Of a stretch of DNA of 64,000 nucleotides, positions 50,519 to 60,017 are shown piece by piece. The stretch is from the NCBI GenBank assembly GCA_963728405.1, contig CAVSJV010000005.1, forward strand, positions 224,001 through 288,000. Direction: 5' to 3'. This DNA comes from Methanomassiliicoccaceae archaeon (GTDB lineage: Archaea; Thermoplasmatota; Thermoplasmata; Methanomassiliicoccales; Methanomassiliicoccaceae). Position 1 is the first letter of the stretch. Each line of letters begins with the position of its first letter. Made by a program: the position numbers and the translations under genes. Below the pieces are notes generated by a model. It made no database searches. It was not told the DNA's origin and was given only the letters and a program-made list of their open reading frames with translations.

Positions 50519-51226
50519 ATGCGTGGCATTCTCCCGGCAGTGAGATTCATTGGCGTCGATCTCGCCTGGAAGGTAGCTCCGCCCAAGGAACAGGGGACCG
50601 GCTATTGCATCATCGATGAGCAGGGCCTGGTGACCGACCTCGGGCTGCTCACCACTGACGAGGGGATCATCGAGCTGGCCATGGCCGAAGATGCGTGGAT
50701 TGGCCTAGATGCTTCGCTCAAGGTCCCCACCGGTAGGAACCTAAGGAACTGCGAGAGGGCGCTGAGGTCGCTGGGGCTCAAGGCGCTCCCGACCTCCCGG
50801 GAGTTCTACCACCGGCACTATGGAGGTTGCCGGGGCGAGGTCCTCGCCCAAAGGCTGGAAGACATGGGCTACGAGTATTTCGGCGACGGACCGCGTTCGT
50901 TCTTCGAGATCTACCCATACTCGGTGGCGAGGCTGTTGCTCACCTTCCCTCGGCAGTATAAGAAAGGTCCTCGGGATGAGCGAAGGACCGGCTCCGAGGT
51001 CCTCCTACGTCAGCTTCAGGAATGGGAGCCCAGCCTTCAATTACCTCCTTCGGCGATCCCCCCTCTCGTGGACGGGAAAGGAGCGGTCGACCGCATGGAT
51101 GCGCTGATGGCCGCAGTCTTACTGTATCGTCATCGGCTATACGCCGGCATCCGTTCGCTGGTCGTCGGAGAGCATGATGACGGATACATCCTATTGCCAC
51201 GAGGGGGCGGCGGGGCTGATCGCTGA
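50519..51226 (+). CDS. DUF429-family predicted RNase H-fold nuclease (GTG start at 50540 possible)
   Basis: FIGVDLAW, GLDA.L..P, R.CE, FEIYP, D..DA. Confidence 0.8.
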   Translation: MRGILPAVRFIGVDLAWKVAPPKEQGTGYCIIDEQGLVTDLGLLTTDEGIIELAMAEDAWIGLDASLKVPTGRNLRNCERALRSLGLKALPTSREFYHRHYGGCRGEVLAQRLEDMGYEYFGDGPRSFFEIYPYSVARLLLTFPRQYKKGPRDERRTGSEVLLRQLQEWEPSLQLPPSAIPPLVDGKGAVDRMDALMAAVLLYRHRLYAGIRSLVVGEHDDGYILLPRGGGGADR

Positions 51227-51914
51227 GGACGTGGACCTGGACATGACGTTCAGGTCGATCGGGACGACCTATGGGTATGAGGAGATCGATGCCGATTTCG
51301 CCGCATACAAGGAGTTCAAGAGCACCTGGAGGCGATGCGGCAAGAAGGTCTCATTCCAGATATCCGATTATCTGGGGGACGCGGATACTTGGGTCCTGGG
51401 AGATTTTGCCCGGTCCTTGTACACAAGGATCGCCCGGAACGGTCCGCCGCAGTCCTACAGTGAGAGATTGAGCACATATCTGCAGTCACCGGAGTTCGTG
51501 GCCCGCAACCAGCCGATTTACCTAAAGCGGAGCAGGAACCTGTCCCGCACCCCCCATGGTTCGCACTACGATCTAAAGGAAACATACCAGAGCCTGCTTG
51601 CTCGAGGCATGGTGAGGGAATGTGGCGATGCGTCGCTCAATTGGACAAAAAGCGGGAATCGGCTGCGGGTCGGCTACTGCAGTGTGCTCATGAAGGTGGT
51701 GACCATCTCATCCGTGCTGGACAACGAGAAGGTGCCGGACTTCGTGCACGAGTACGTCCTGTACCACGAGCTGCTTCACCTCGAGGACGGTCTGGGGATT
51801 GGAAGGAGGCACCATCCCTCTTCTTTTCGGGCCAGGGAGCGCATGTATCCGAGGTGGCGCGAGTCGGAGGACTGGTTGAAGCGTCTGGCCGCTCGTAAGG
51901 TCGACCTGTCCTGA
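51174..51914 (+). CDS. YgjP/SprT-like zinc metalloprotein (HExxH); start uncertain
   Basis: VGYC, IS..LD...VP..V.EYVLYHELLH, H...F...E..YP. Confidence 0.75.
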   Translation: MMTDTSYCHEGAAGLIAEDVDLDMTFRSIGTTYGYEEIDADFAAYKEFKSTWRRCGKKVSFQISDYLGDADTWVLGDFARSLYTRIARNGPPQSYSERLSTYLQSPEFVARNQPIYLKRSRNLSRTPHGSHYDLKETYQSLLARGMVRECGDASLNWTKSGNRLRVGYCSVLMKVVTISSVLDNEKVPDFVHEYVLYHELLHLEDGLGIGRRHHPSSFRARERMYPRWRESEDWLKRLAARKVDLS

Positions 51915-51982
51915 GCGGCCGGGATGACCGTGACCCTTTTTTATATTTATATAGGAAACAATCCACCTCGGAGGTACGAGGG

Positions 51983-52963
51983 TTGTCAGAAGGACGATTA
52001 TGGGTTCGCGACATTGTCTCCAAGGGTCTGGAGGTCAACGAGATCTACGCTGTCCGAAAGAAGGACCCTCCTCGGAAGGGCAAGAAGGCCGGTTATTTCT
52101 TCACCCTGGTGGTCAGCGATGCCACCGGCGACATCAAGGTCAACTTCTGGGGCAAGGGTGATGAGGCCCTGGTGCGGAGGGCCTTCGACTCGGTCAGGGA
52201 GGGGGGCATGGTGCGGATAAGGGGCACCAGCGACCTGTTCGGGGAATCGATGGTCATCCAGGTGAACCAAGCGAACGGGGATGTATTGGACCTGGCCCGG
52301 TCCGGGGAGTTTGACATGGCCGACTTTGTCGCCTCGACCAAGAAGGACCCTGAGGAGATGTACGCCGAGCTATGCTCCCACATCGACACGATCAAGGAGC
52401 CCCATATCCACGAGCTCATGGACATCCTGCTCTCTGACGCCGTATTCGTACGTCTGTTCAAGTCCGCCCCTGCTTCGGTGTCGTACCACTGCGCCTGGGT
52501 CGGTGGGCTCTTAGAGCACACTCTCAACGTGCTGCGTACCTGTAACTTCATCGCCCAGCTCTATACCGAGCTGGACCGGGACCTATTACTGGCATCGGCC
52601 GTTCTTCACGATATCGGAAAGGTGCGCTGCTATGCGGTGTCCACGACCATCACCGAGTCGGTGGACGGACGGCTCAAGGGGCACCTGATGATCGGGGCCC
52701 AGATGGTCGAGGAAACCTGTGCCCGGTGCCAAGGATTTCCCGAACCACTGCGCACCAAACTGGTGCACATGGTACTGGCCAGTCATGGCAGCAATGAGAA
52801 GGGCTCGCCCACCGAGCCGTCGATACCGGAAGCGCTGGCATTGAACTTCGCTGACGAGATGGATGCCAAGCTCGAGCGGTTCATACGGGCACGCGGCAGC
52901 GGCGGACCGGAGGACCTGTTCGTCATGGACCATCAACTGGGGACGAAGGTCTATCTGGGCTGA
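51983..52963 (+). CDS. OB-fold plus HD-domain 3'-5' exonuclease (YhaM/Cbf1 family)
   Basis: D.TG.I..FW OB fold, APA..YH...GGLLEHT, LHDIGK, GHL..G, H..LASHG, ADEMDAK. Confidence 0.9.
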   Translation: MSEGRLWVRDIVSKGLEVNEIYAVRKKDPPRKGKKAGYFFTLVVSDATGDIKVNFWGKGDEALVRRAFDSVREGGMVRIRGTSDLFGESMVIQVNQANGDVLDLARSGEFDMADFVASTKKDPEEMYAELCSHIDTIKEPHIHELMDILLSDAVFVRLFKSAPASVSYHCAWVGGLLEHTLNVLRTCNFIAQLYTELDRDLLLASAVLHDIGKVRCYAVSTTITESVDGRLKGHLMIGAQMVEETCARCQGFPEPLRTKLVHMVLASHGSNEKGSPTEPSIPEALALNFADEMDAKLERFIRARGSGGPEDLFVMDHQLGTKVYLG

Positions 52964-53572
52964 TCAGCGCTTCCTCAGCCAGGCCGAGTAATAATATCTC
53001 AGCCCTCCACCATGTTCAACGGTACCGGTGTCCACCACTCTCATCACTTCGAAGAGAGGATGGAACATCTCTTCCACGGACTGTTGGGTAACGCAGCCTC
53101 GAGTAGTGGTATCCTTATAGTTGGGTATCAGAAGGACCAGGACACCGCCGGGGCGGAGCACCCTGTGCACTTCCCGGATGAACAGGTCCCTTTCCTCTCC
53201 TTTCAATGAGTCGGTCAGGCGGGGGTCGAACACGATGTCGAACTCGCCGGAGTGGAAGGGCATCTTGGTCGGCTCGGTCGAGTAGGTCACGACCTTGGCC
53301 TGGGCCTCTTCTACGCGCTGACGGGCCAGTTCTATCTCGCCAGGAAATATGCCCACCAGGGCCACGGCATAACCGGACTGAGCGAGATACAGGGCGTCGA
53401 TACCGTCATCGTTGCTGAGGTCCAAGGCCCGGCCTCCCGGCATCAGGCGAGAGGCCACCGCCTCGATGAGCGCCTCGTTCGGCCGAAAATCACCCGGGGG
53501 GTTATCCTGCATGCGGTTCTCGCGGAACATCTTGGCTAGACCTGAGGGATCCATCTGAACACTGGAATTCAC
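52964..53572 (-). CDS. Class I SAM methyltransferase-like protein (glycine loop degenerate)
   Basis: ALDLSNDDG.DA.YLA, MPF..GEFDIV, E.HRVLRPGG. Confidence 0.72.
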   Translation of the reverse strand: MNSSVQMDPSGLAKMFRENRMQDNPPGDFRPNEALIEAVASRLMPGGRALDLSNDDGIDALYLAQSGYAVALVGIFPGEIELARQRVEEAQAKVVTYSTEPTKMPFHSGEFDIVFDPRLTDSLKGEERDLFIREVHRVLRPGGVLVLLIPNYKDTTTRGCVTQQSVEEMFHPLFEVMRVVDTGTVEHGGGLRYYYSAWLRKR

Positions 53573-53686
53573 ATGGCAGGCGATGGGGTTTAAGCCTTGC
53601 CTCGATCACATCCGTTGCGATCGTAGTCTCATTGTAGCGGCAGCCTAGTTCAATCGCCCACACCTTCGACGGTCTAGGTTGTGAGC

Positions 53687-54517
53687 ATGAAGGGACCTGA
53701 TCGGATCCAAATGGCACTATGTGGACTGGGACTGTTGAGCGCCTTCCTACCATGGCTGGTTGTGGACCTGAATGTGTTCTCGATCAACTTCTCCCTGCTG
53801 AACTTCATGACCATGAACACCAGCTACGCGTCCATTTCGCTCTATTTCATGTTGTTCGGTGGGCTGTACCTGATCGGTACGGTCGCCCTGTTGGTGTGGA
53901 AGAAGGCTTTCATCATCCAGCTGGTCGGCCTGATCGTTCTGACCATCCCGTTGGTCCTAGGCCTAAGCGATATCACTTCGAAGGGGCACATGACCCTTGA
54001 CGCGTTCTTCGCTCTCTTTGGGATGATGGGGTGGGGGGCGATCCTGGCCTGGGCCGTCTCGTTGGTGGGCCTTATGCTGTTCGGCCCCGCCAGGATCAGG
54101 ACAGCGGTCGGGAAGCTCCCTGGCTTTGGCCCTGTGATCATAACGCTTGCCACTCACAACGCTACGGGGTCAACGGCACCGGTCAGGGCTCCGATCCGAG
54201 CCCTCCCCCCAGTAATCGACGGTCCGAGCGACCACCAAAACGCTATGGCCTCCGGGGAGCGATTCCTAGAGGCCGATGACCTCCCTGCCGCCCTGCGTTC
54301 GTTCGGTCGGGGCCTTGGCACCAGCAACAACGACAATGAGGAGGCGATCAGCAAGGTCAAGATCGCCATCGTCCTGGACCGGATGGGGAAGGAAGACGAA
54401 GCGGCCCTGTTCCTGCAGGAGGCTAGGGACCTGGACCCCGATGCGCTGTCCATCTGGAACGATCAGCCGGAAAAGATGGAAATGAGACGGCCGACCTTGC
54501 TAATGGCGGCACGATGA
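53687..54517 (+). CDS. Membrane protein with C-terminal TPR
   Basis: About 4 TM helices (FLPW motif); terminal KIAIVLDRMGK..EA...LQEARDLDP. Confidence 0.65.
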   Translation: MKGPDRIQMALCGLGLLSAFLPWLVVDLNVFSINFSLLNFMTMNTSYASISLYFMLFGGLYLIGTVALLVWKKAFIIQLVGLIVLTIPLVLGLSDITSKGHMTLDAFFALFGMMGWGAILAWAVSLVGLMLFGPARIRTAVGKLPGFGPVIITLATHNATGSTAPVRAPIRALPPVIDGPSDHQNAMASGERFLEADDLPAALRSFGRGLGTSNNDNEEAISKVKIAIVLDRMGKEDEAALFLQEARDLDPDALSIWNDQPEKMEMRRPTLLMAAR

Positions 54518-55009
54518 AGGGGATCGCAGTGTCCCCCGGGCTCTAACAGATTGGTTCATGGACGGCGAATGCCTATTCTCCCCACACTGACCCGAGCCGG
54601 GGGTTTGTTGTCGTGCGTCGGGGTTGTTTCCCATTCATGACTCGATGTCACATCGTTGTTCATGGAAAGACCCATAATAACGACACACTGTGCGCCCCTA
54701 GCATGCAAGGGGATTCACGGATCCTCCCCGGTCTCTAAGGGCCTTATAAACAAGGCCGCGGAGGACTTAATGTTTTGCCCGCTCCATCGGGGCTAGCCCG
54801 ATCCTTGCCGGGGGTTCGGTCAAGGGCGGATCTACCTGCCCCACCCACGGCCAAGGCTATTTTTAGACCAACAATAGTTCTTCTACCCTTTCTTCCATGA
54901 ACCTATGGGAATCATGAACACCTTGATTGTAGAAGCCAGGTGCCAATCTTTCTAATATGAAATCTAATATCATTGCGGGAACGGCCAGATCATTACAGGA
55001 TCATTTCCG

Positions 55010-55240
55010 GATCTTCGTGGGAGGTTAGTGCTGTTCTGCTGGTGCTCAGCCTCGACATCATTATCATCCTAAGCACCTTCGCCCAACTTTTTTATTATAT
55101 CATGAGCATTCTGGCCGTTTGGCGGTTACCCGGCCCGCTCCGATACTCCAGGGTCGTGTCGGTCCTGGGCATCCTGAGCTGCGTAGGCCTTCTGGTGGTA
55201 TCCGTCCTAGTCTCGGTACTCTCGTGCATCGAGGGCCCGG
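55010..55240 (+). pseudogene. Fragment resembling the C-terminal helices of an APC permease
   Basis: STFAQLFYYIMSILAVWRL..RVVSVLGILSCVGLL; no full-length gene present. Confidence 0.4.
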
Positions 55241-55835
55241 CCGTGCCGGGGTTCGGGCTGCTCTGTTCGGGGTGTTGGAACCCCGGAATAGGGGCGAGGA
55301 CCTGCCCTCGGGCCAGCCCCGTCAGTAGAAAGCTCATGGAGATTTTACCAAAGATGGCCGGCCGTCATCCTAGGTATCAGGTAGGGGCTCGATCCGCGCT
55401 TCCAGGGCAGCTCGAGTTCCGGTAAGGCCACTGATCGTCGACCGGCAGGCAGAGGAACGCGAACGCCAGGGATCCATCAACCGATGCGGTGGAGGGCTTA
55501 ATGCCCCTTCATGCTCTCGATCCACCCTTTCAACCCCCCCCGTTGGGCAGTCCAATGGTCGGGTGAGTAGGGTAGCGGGTGGTGCCGCCCCATGCCACTA
55601 AACTTCCTTCCCTTTTCACAGCCCTCGAACATTCGGAAGCGGGGGGGAGCCCTGAGCGAGCTAGGGAAGGGACCGTTCCGTGTCGGTGCTACCATCTTCG
55701 CAGGCGCCCTGAGCACCCTGACCAGCAGGGTGTCGGCGTAGCTCTTGAAAAATTCAATAGTGGAAATACTGGAGTCCAGGTGTCCTTCGAACAACACACG
55801 AAAATATATGTAGGCTGGGAAGAAATCAATAAGGG

Positions 55836-56738
55836 GTGTCCGTGCTCGTCGGTTGCAGTGGGTGGTCATATGATGATTGGGTAGGAAGATTCTATCCCGT
55901 GAATCTGGCCAGGAAGAAGGAGGAGTGGCTGCGCTACTATGCCAACTACTTCACTACCGTGGAGATCAACAGTACCTTCTACCACCCACCGAACGATTAC
56001 ATTGTCAATGGGTGGATCAAGAAAGGTTCTGGGTTGAAAGGTTTCGAGTACTCGGTCAAGATGCCCTCCCTGGTCACTCATGAGGCCATGGTCAAACAGG
56101 ATGGTCCCCGGGCGGGCATCACTGCTTCGGCGTTCGAGGTCTCCTGCCTCAAGCCGTTGGCGGAGAACAACCTCCTGGGCACGGGCCTCCTGCAGCTCTC
56201 CCCGTTCTTCCATAATGAGGACGCTTCCCGCAAGACCCTACGCCAAACGCTCGAAGCGCTTGATACTGACAAATACCGTTACGCGGTCGAGTTCCGTCAC
56301 CGTTCCTGGCTGGACGACGCCAAAGGTAAGCTCGACCCCCGAGCGGCCGAGCTGCTGGCCTCGTTCAACGTGGCCAATGTCATCGTGGATGGTCCCGGGT
56401 TCCCGTTCGTCCGGGACTGTACCGCCGATCACGCCTACCTGCGATTCCACGGTCGCAACGACGACATATGGTTCGATGAGGATCGGGAGGAGGACTCCCA
56501 TCACAGCCGCTATGACTATCTTTACTCCGAGGAGGAGCTGAAGAATTGGAGCGAGGCCATCGCCAAGCTCAACGGCCTCATGAAACAGGTGCGGGTGTAC
56601 TTCAACAACAATGGCAAGGCCAAGGGGGCCAGGAACGCTTTCCAGATGATGGATCTGCTGAGCATTCATCACCGCGAGAAGGAGGTCCCGGTGGTGGAAC
56701 AGACCACCCTGGGCCCGTTCCTCATGGCCAAGAAGTGA
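55836..56738 (+). CDS. DUF72 domain protein
   Basis: GCSGWSY..W...FYP, VEINSTFY, LQL.P.F, VEFRHRSW, YLRFHGRN, YDYLY, YFNN. Confidence 0.93.
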   Translation: MSVLVGCSGWSYDDWVGRFYPVNLARKKEEWLRYYANYFTTVEINSTFYHPPNDYIVNGWIKKGSGLKGFEYSVKMPSLVTHEAMVKQDGPRAGITASAFEVSCLKPLAENNLLGTGLLQLSPFFHNEDASRKTLRQTLEALDTDKYRYAVEFRHRSWLDDAKGKLDPRAAELLASFNVANVIVDGPGFPFVRDCTADHAYLRFHGRNDDIWFDEDREEDSHHSRYDYLYSEEELKNWSEAIAKLNGLMKQVRVYFNNNGKAKGARNAFQMMDLLSIHHREKEVPVVEQTTLGPFLMAKK

Positions 56739-56857
56739 TTGGCGTGGGCCTCCCATGCGGTATCGAACGTTCCGGGATGGCGGAAAATTTCTCGTCAAGG
56801 TCAGAAACAATAAGTGCAGAATAGGCGATAACCATGGGCGTAGGGTCGGTCGAAGGG

Positions 56858-58957
56858 ATGAGGGAACTATTCGAAGCAACGTCCATCGCCGTGGTCGGGG
56901 CGTCCCAGAAGGAAGGCAAGGTCGGCAACATCATTGTCAAGAACCTGCTGGGCTCCGGTTACAGGGGCTCGCTGTACCCGGTCAATCCTAAGGTCTCGGA
57001 GGTGCTGGGCCTGAAGTGCTATCCCGACCTGGCCTCTATTCCGGGAAGGGTAGAGCTGGCCGTAGTGGTGGTGCCCAACATCCTGGTGCCGCAGGTCATG
57101 GAAGCGGCTGGTGCAAAGGGCGTCAAGGTCGCGGTGGTCATCTCGGCCGGTTTCAGGGAGATCGGGAAGGAAGGGGCGGCGCTGGAACGGACCGTCGGAC
57201 AGATCGCCTCGAAGTACGGGCTCAGGGTCCTCGGCCCGAACTGTCTGGGCGTGATCAGCACCTCTAATGCCATGAACGCCACGTTCACCAACGATTATCC
57301 CCGCTCCGGCACGGTGGCCATCACGTCGCAGTCGGGGGCGATCTGCTCGGTGGTCCTGGACTGGGCCAGGGCGACCCGGATCGGGTTCTCCAAGTTCGTA
57401 TCGGTGGGCAACAAACTGGACATCGACGAGGCGGACCTGTTGTCGTACCTCAAGGACGATGAGCAGACGGCCGTCATCGGCATGTACATCGAAGGCATGC
57501 GACGGGGACAAGAGTTCATGCAGGTCGCCCGGGAAGCCTCCCGCACCAAGCCGATCATTGCTCTCAAGGCCGGCCGGACCAGCTCTGGGGCCAAGGCCGC
57601 TTCATCCCACACCGGTGCCCTATCCGGAAGTGATAAGGTCTACGATGCCGCGCTCGCCCAGTCCGGGGTGGTGCGGGTCAAGACCCTCGACGAGATGTTC
57701 GACCTGTTGCAGGTGTTCGGCACCATGCCCGTCCCGGAGGGAGAAGGTCTCGCCATCGTAACCAACGCCGGCGGTCTGGGGGTCATGGCCGCCGATGCCG
57801 TTTCGGACAACGGCCTGAGCCTGGCCTCGTTCGCCCCACAGACGATCGAAAAGCTGAAGGCCGGGCTGCCGGAGGAGGCGAACTTCTACAACCCGGTGGA
57901 CGTCATCGGGGATGCCGATGCCAAGCGCTACGAGTTCGCCATGCGGACGGTGATGGACGATCCGAACGTCCACATGGTGCTGGCGATGCTGGCCCCGACC
58001 GATATCCTGGATATCACGTCTGTGGCGAGGACCATTGCCTCGTTCGCCGGGCGCACCCGCGTGCCGGTGGCCACCGCATTCGTGGGCGGTGAGGACGTGG
58101 CCGAAGGGGCCCGCCTGCTGATGGAGGCGGGAGTGCCCAACTACGACTCTCCGGACCGCGCCGTTCGCGCCCTCGCCGCGATGGTACACTATCGCGAGCT
58201 GCTAGCGCGGAGGAGCGAGCCCCAGGAGGTCCATGCCGAGGGGGACCTGGTGGCGGCCAGGAAGGTTCTGGACAAGGTAAGGGCCGAGGACCGCACCGGT
58301 CTCAGCGAGGAGGAGGGCAAGGCCATCCTCATGGCCTATGGCATACCTGTGCCTGCCGAAGGGACGGCCCGCTCGGCCGACGAGGCGGTAAAACTGGCCC
58401 ACGTGATCGGCTATCCGGTGGTCATGAAGATCGCCTCTCCGGACATCGCTCACAAGACCGATGTCGGCGGGGTCGCGGTCAACCTGCGCAGCGATGACGA
58501 GGTCCGGCGCAGCTTCGAGCTGATGATGTCGCAGGTCCGGGTCCGAATGCCCAGTGCCATCCTGAACGGCGTATCGATCGAGAAGATGTTCGCCGGGCGG
58601 GAGGTCATCGTCGGGATGGTCCGGGACGAGACCTTCGGACCGGTGATCACGTTCGGGCTGGGCGGCATATTCGTTGAGGTGATGAAGGACGTCAGCCAGC
58701 GCATCGCGCCCATCACCGAGGAGGGCGTGGACGAGATGATCCGTTCCATCCGCGCCTATCCCATCCTGGCCGGGGCCAGAGGCCGCCGCCCGGCGGACAT
58801 CGCGGCACTCAAGAAGGTCATATTCGGGGTCGCCCAGATCGCTCTGGACTTCCCCGAGATCATGGAGTTCGAGATCAACCCCGTCATGGTCGGTGACGAG
58901 GGGCAGGGTTGCGGCGCGGTGGACGCGCTGGCGACCATCAGGAGGGTGAGCAAATGA
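56858..58957 (+). CDS. ADP-forming acyl-CoA synthetase (acetate-CoA ligase), fused alpha+beta
   Basis: GAS..K.G, GPNCLG, SQSGA, SHTGAL (phospho-His), NAGG, NPVD, HKTDVGGV, FGLGG, EINP. Confidence 0.93.
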   Translation: MRELFEATSIAVVGASQKEGKVGNIIVKNLLGSGYRGSLYPVNPKVSEVLGLKCYPDLASIPGRVELAVVVVPNILVPQVMEAAGAKGVKVAVVISAGFREIGKEGAALERTVGQIASKYGLRVLGPNCLGVISTSNAMNATFTNDYPRSGTVAITSQSGAICSVVLDWARATRIGFSKFVSVGNKLDIDEADLLSYLKDDEQTAVIGMYIEGMRRGQEFMQVAREASRTKPIIALKAGRTSSGAKAASSHTGALSGSDKVYDAALAQSGVVRVKTLDEMFDLLQVFGTMPVPEGEGLAIVTNAGGLGVMAADAVSDNGLSLASFAPQTIEKLKAGLPEEANFYNPVDVIGDADAKRYEFAMRTVMDDPNVHMVLAMLAPTDILDITSVARTIASFAGRTRVPVATAFVGGEDVAEGARLLMEAGVPNYDSPDRAVRALAAMVHYRELLARRSEPQEVHAEGDLVAARKVLDKVRAEDRTGLSEEEGKAILMAYGIPVPAEGTARSADEAVKLAHVIGYPVVMKIASPDIAHKTDVGGVAVNLRSDDEVRRSFELMMSQVRVRMPSAILNGVSIEKMFAGREVIVGMVRDETFGPVITFGLGGIFVEVMKDVSQRIAPITEEGVDEMIRSIRAYPILAGARGRRPADIAALKKVIFGVAQIALDFPEIMEFEINPVMVGDEGQGCGAVDALATIRRVSK

Positions 58958-59954
58958 GGACCCTGTTTCTGGGATCGGTTGTGGAAAGGTCGGGCAAGAG
59001 CATGGTGGCCCTGGGGCTGGCCAAGAACTGCCCCGTCAAGGTCGGCTACTTCAAGCCGTTCAAGGAGGTGGTCATGCCCCTGGAGGGCCGGGTGGTCGAT
59101 CAGGATGCCTATCTTATGAGAAAGGCACTGCACCTGCCGTTCGACGAGGAGCAGCTCTGCCCTCTGACCTACGATATCTATCAGCCGGTGGGCATGGATG
59201 ACATCCTGCGTTCCTATGCTCAGGTCAAGGGAAGCGCGGAAGCGATGCTGGTCGAGGGCACCAGGGACATCACCACTGGCTGCATGGGCTCGGTGTCGGG
59301 CATGGCCATCGCCCAGGCGGTGGATGCCCAGGTCATTCTGGTATCGTCGGCCCAGCCATCGGCCCTTGACAAGATCTGCATGCTACGCCGGGTGATGGAC
59401 CAGTACTCGGTTCATTTCCTAGGGGTGGTCCTCAACCAGGCCGAGGGCCTCAAGCTGGGGAAGCTGCTGGAGAAGCGGGGGGTCCGCGTGCTCGGAACGA
59501 TACCGCCGGTGAAGGATCTCCGCACGTTCCATGTCCGGGAAGTGGCCGAGGCGCTGGGGGCCGAGGTCCTGAACGGCGACCGGGGCATGGATGGGGTCGT
59601 GGAGAGAGTGATGATCGGCGCTATGACCCCGAGATGGCGATGCTGTACATGCGCCGTGTCTCGAGGAAGGCCATCATCACCGGGGGCGACCGGGCCGATA
59701 TACAGCTGGCGGCCCTCTCCACCGACACCTCTTGCCTGGTGCTGACCGGCGGGTTGTACCCCGCAAAGCCAGTGATCGCCAAGGCCTACGAGGTCGGCGT
59801 CCCTATACTGGTAACGAGACACAACACCATGGAGGCGGCGGAGATGATCGACCATCTCATCGCTCGCATCGATCCCAATGATGTTAGCAAGATCGATCGC
59901 ATCGCTCAGGTCGTGAAGCAATACGTCGACCTGGACGCGGTCTGGAAAGCCTGA
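58954..59954 (+). CDS. Phosphotransacetylase N-terminal-like protein (BioD-like plus DRTGG), frameshift ~59628
   Basis: SGKSMV, GYFKP, LVEG, GVVLN; then ITGGDR.DIQLAAL, LTGG in the next frame. Confidence 0.88.
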
Positions 59955-60017
59955 ATCTGCATAAGATGATAGAAATACTGCCGTAGCGATGTTCGGCCGA
60001 TAGTGAGAGGGGATGCC

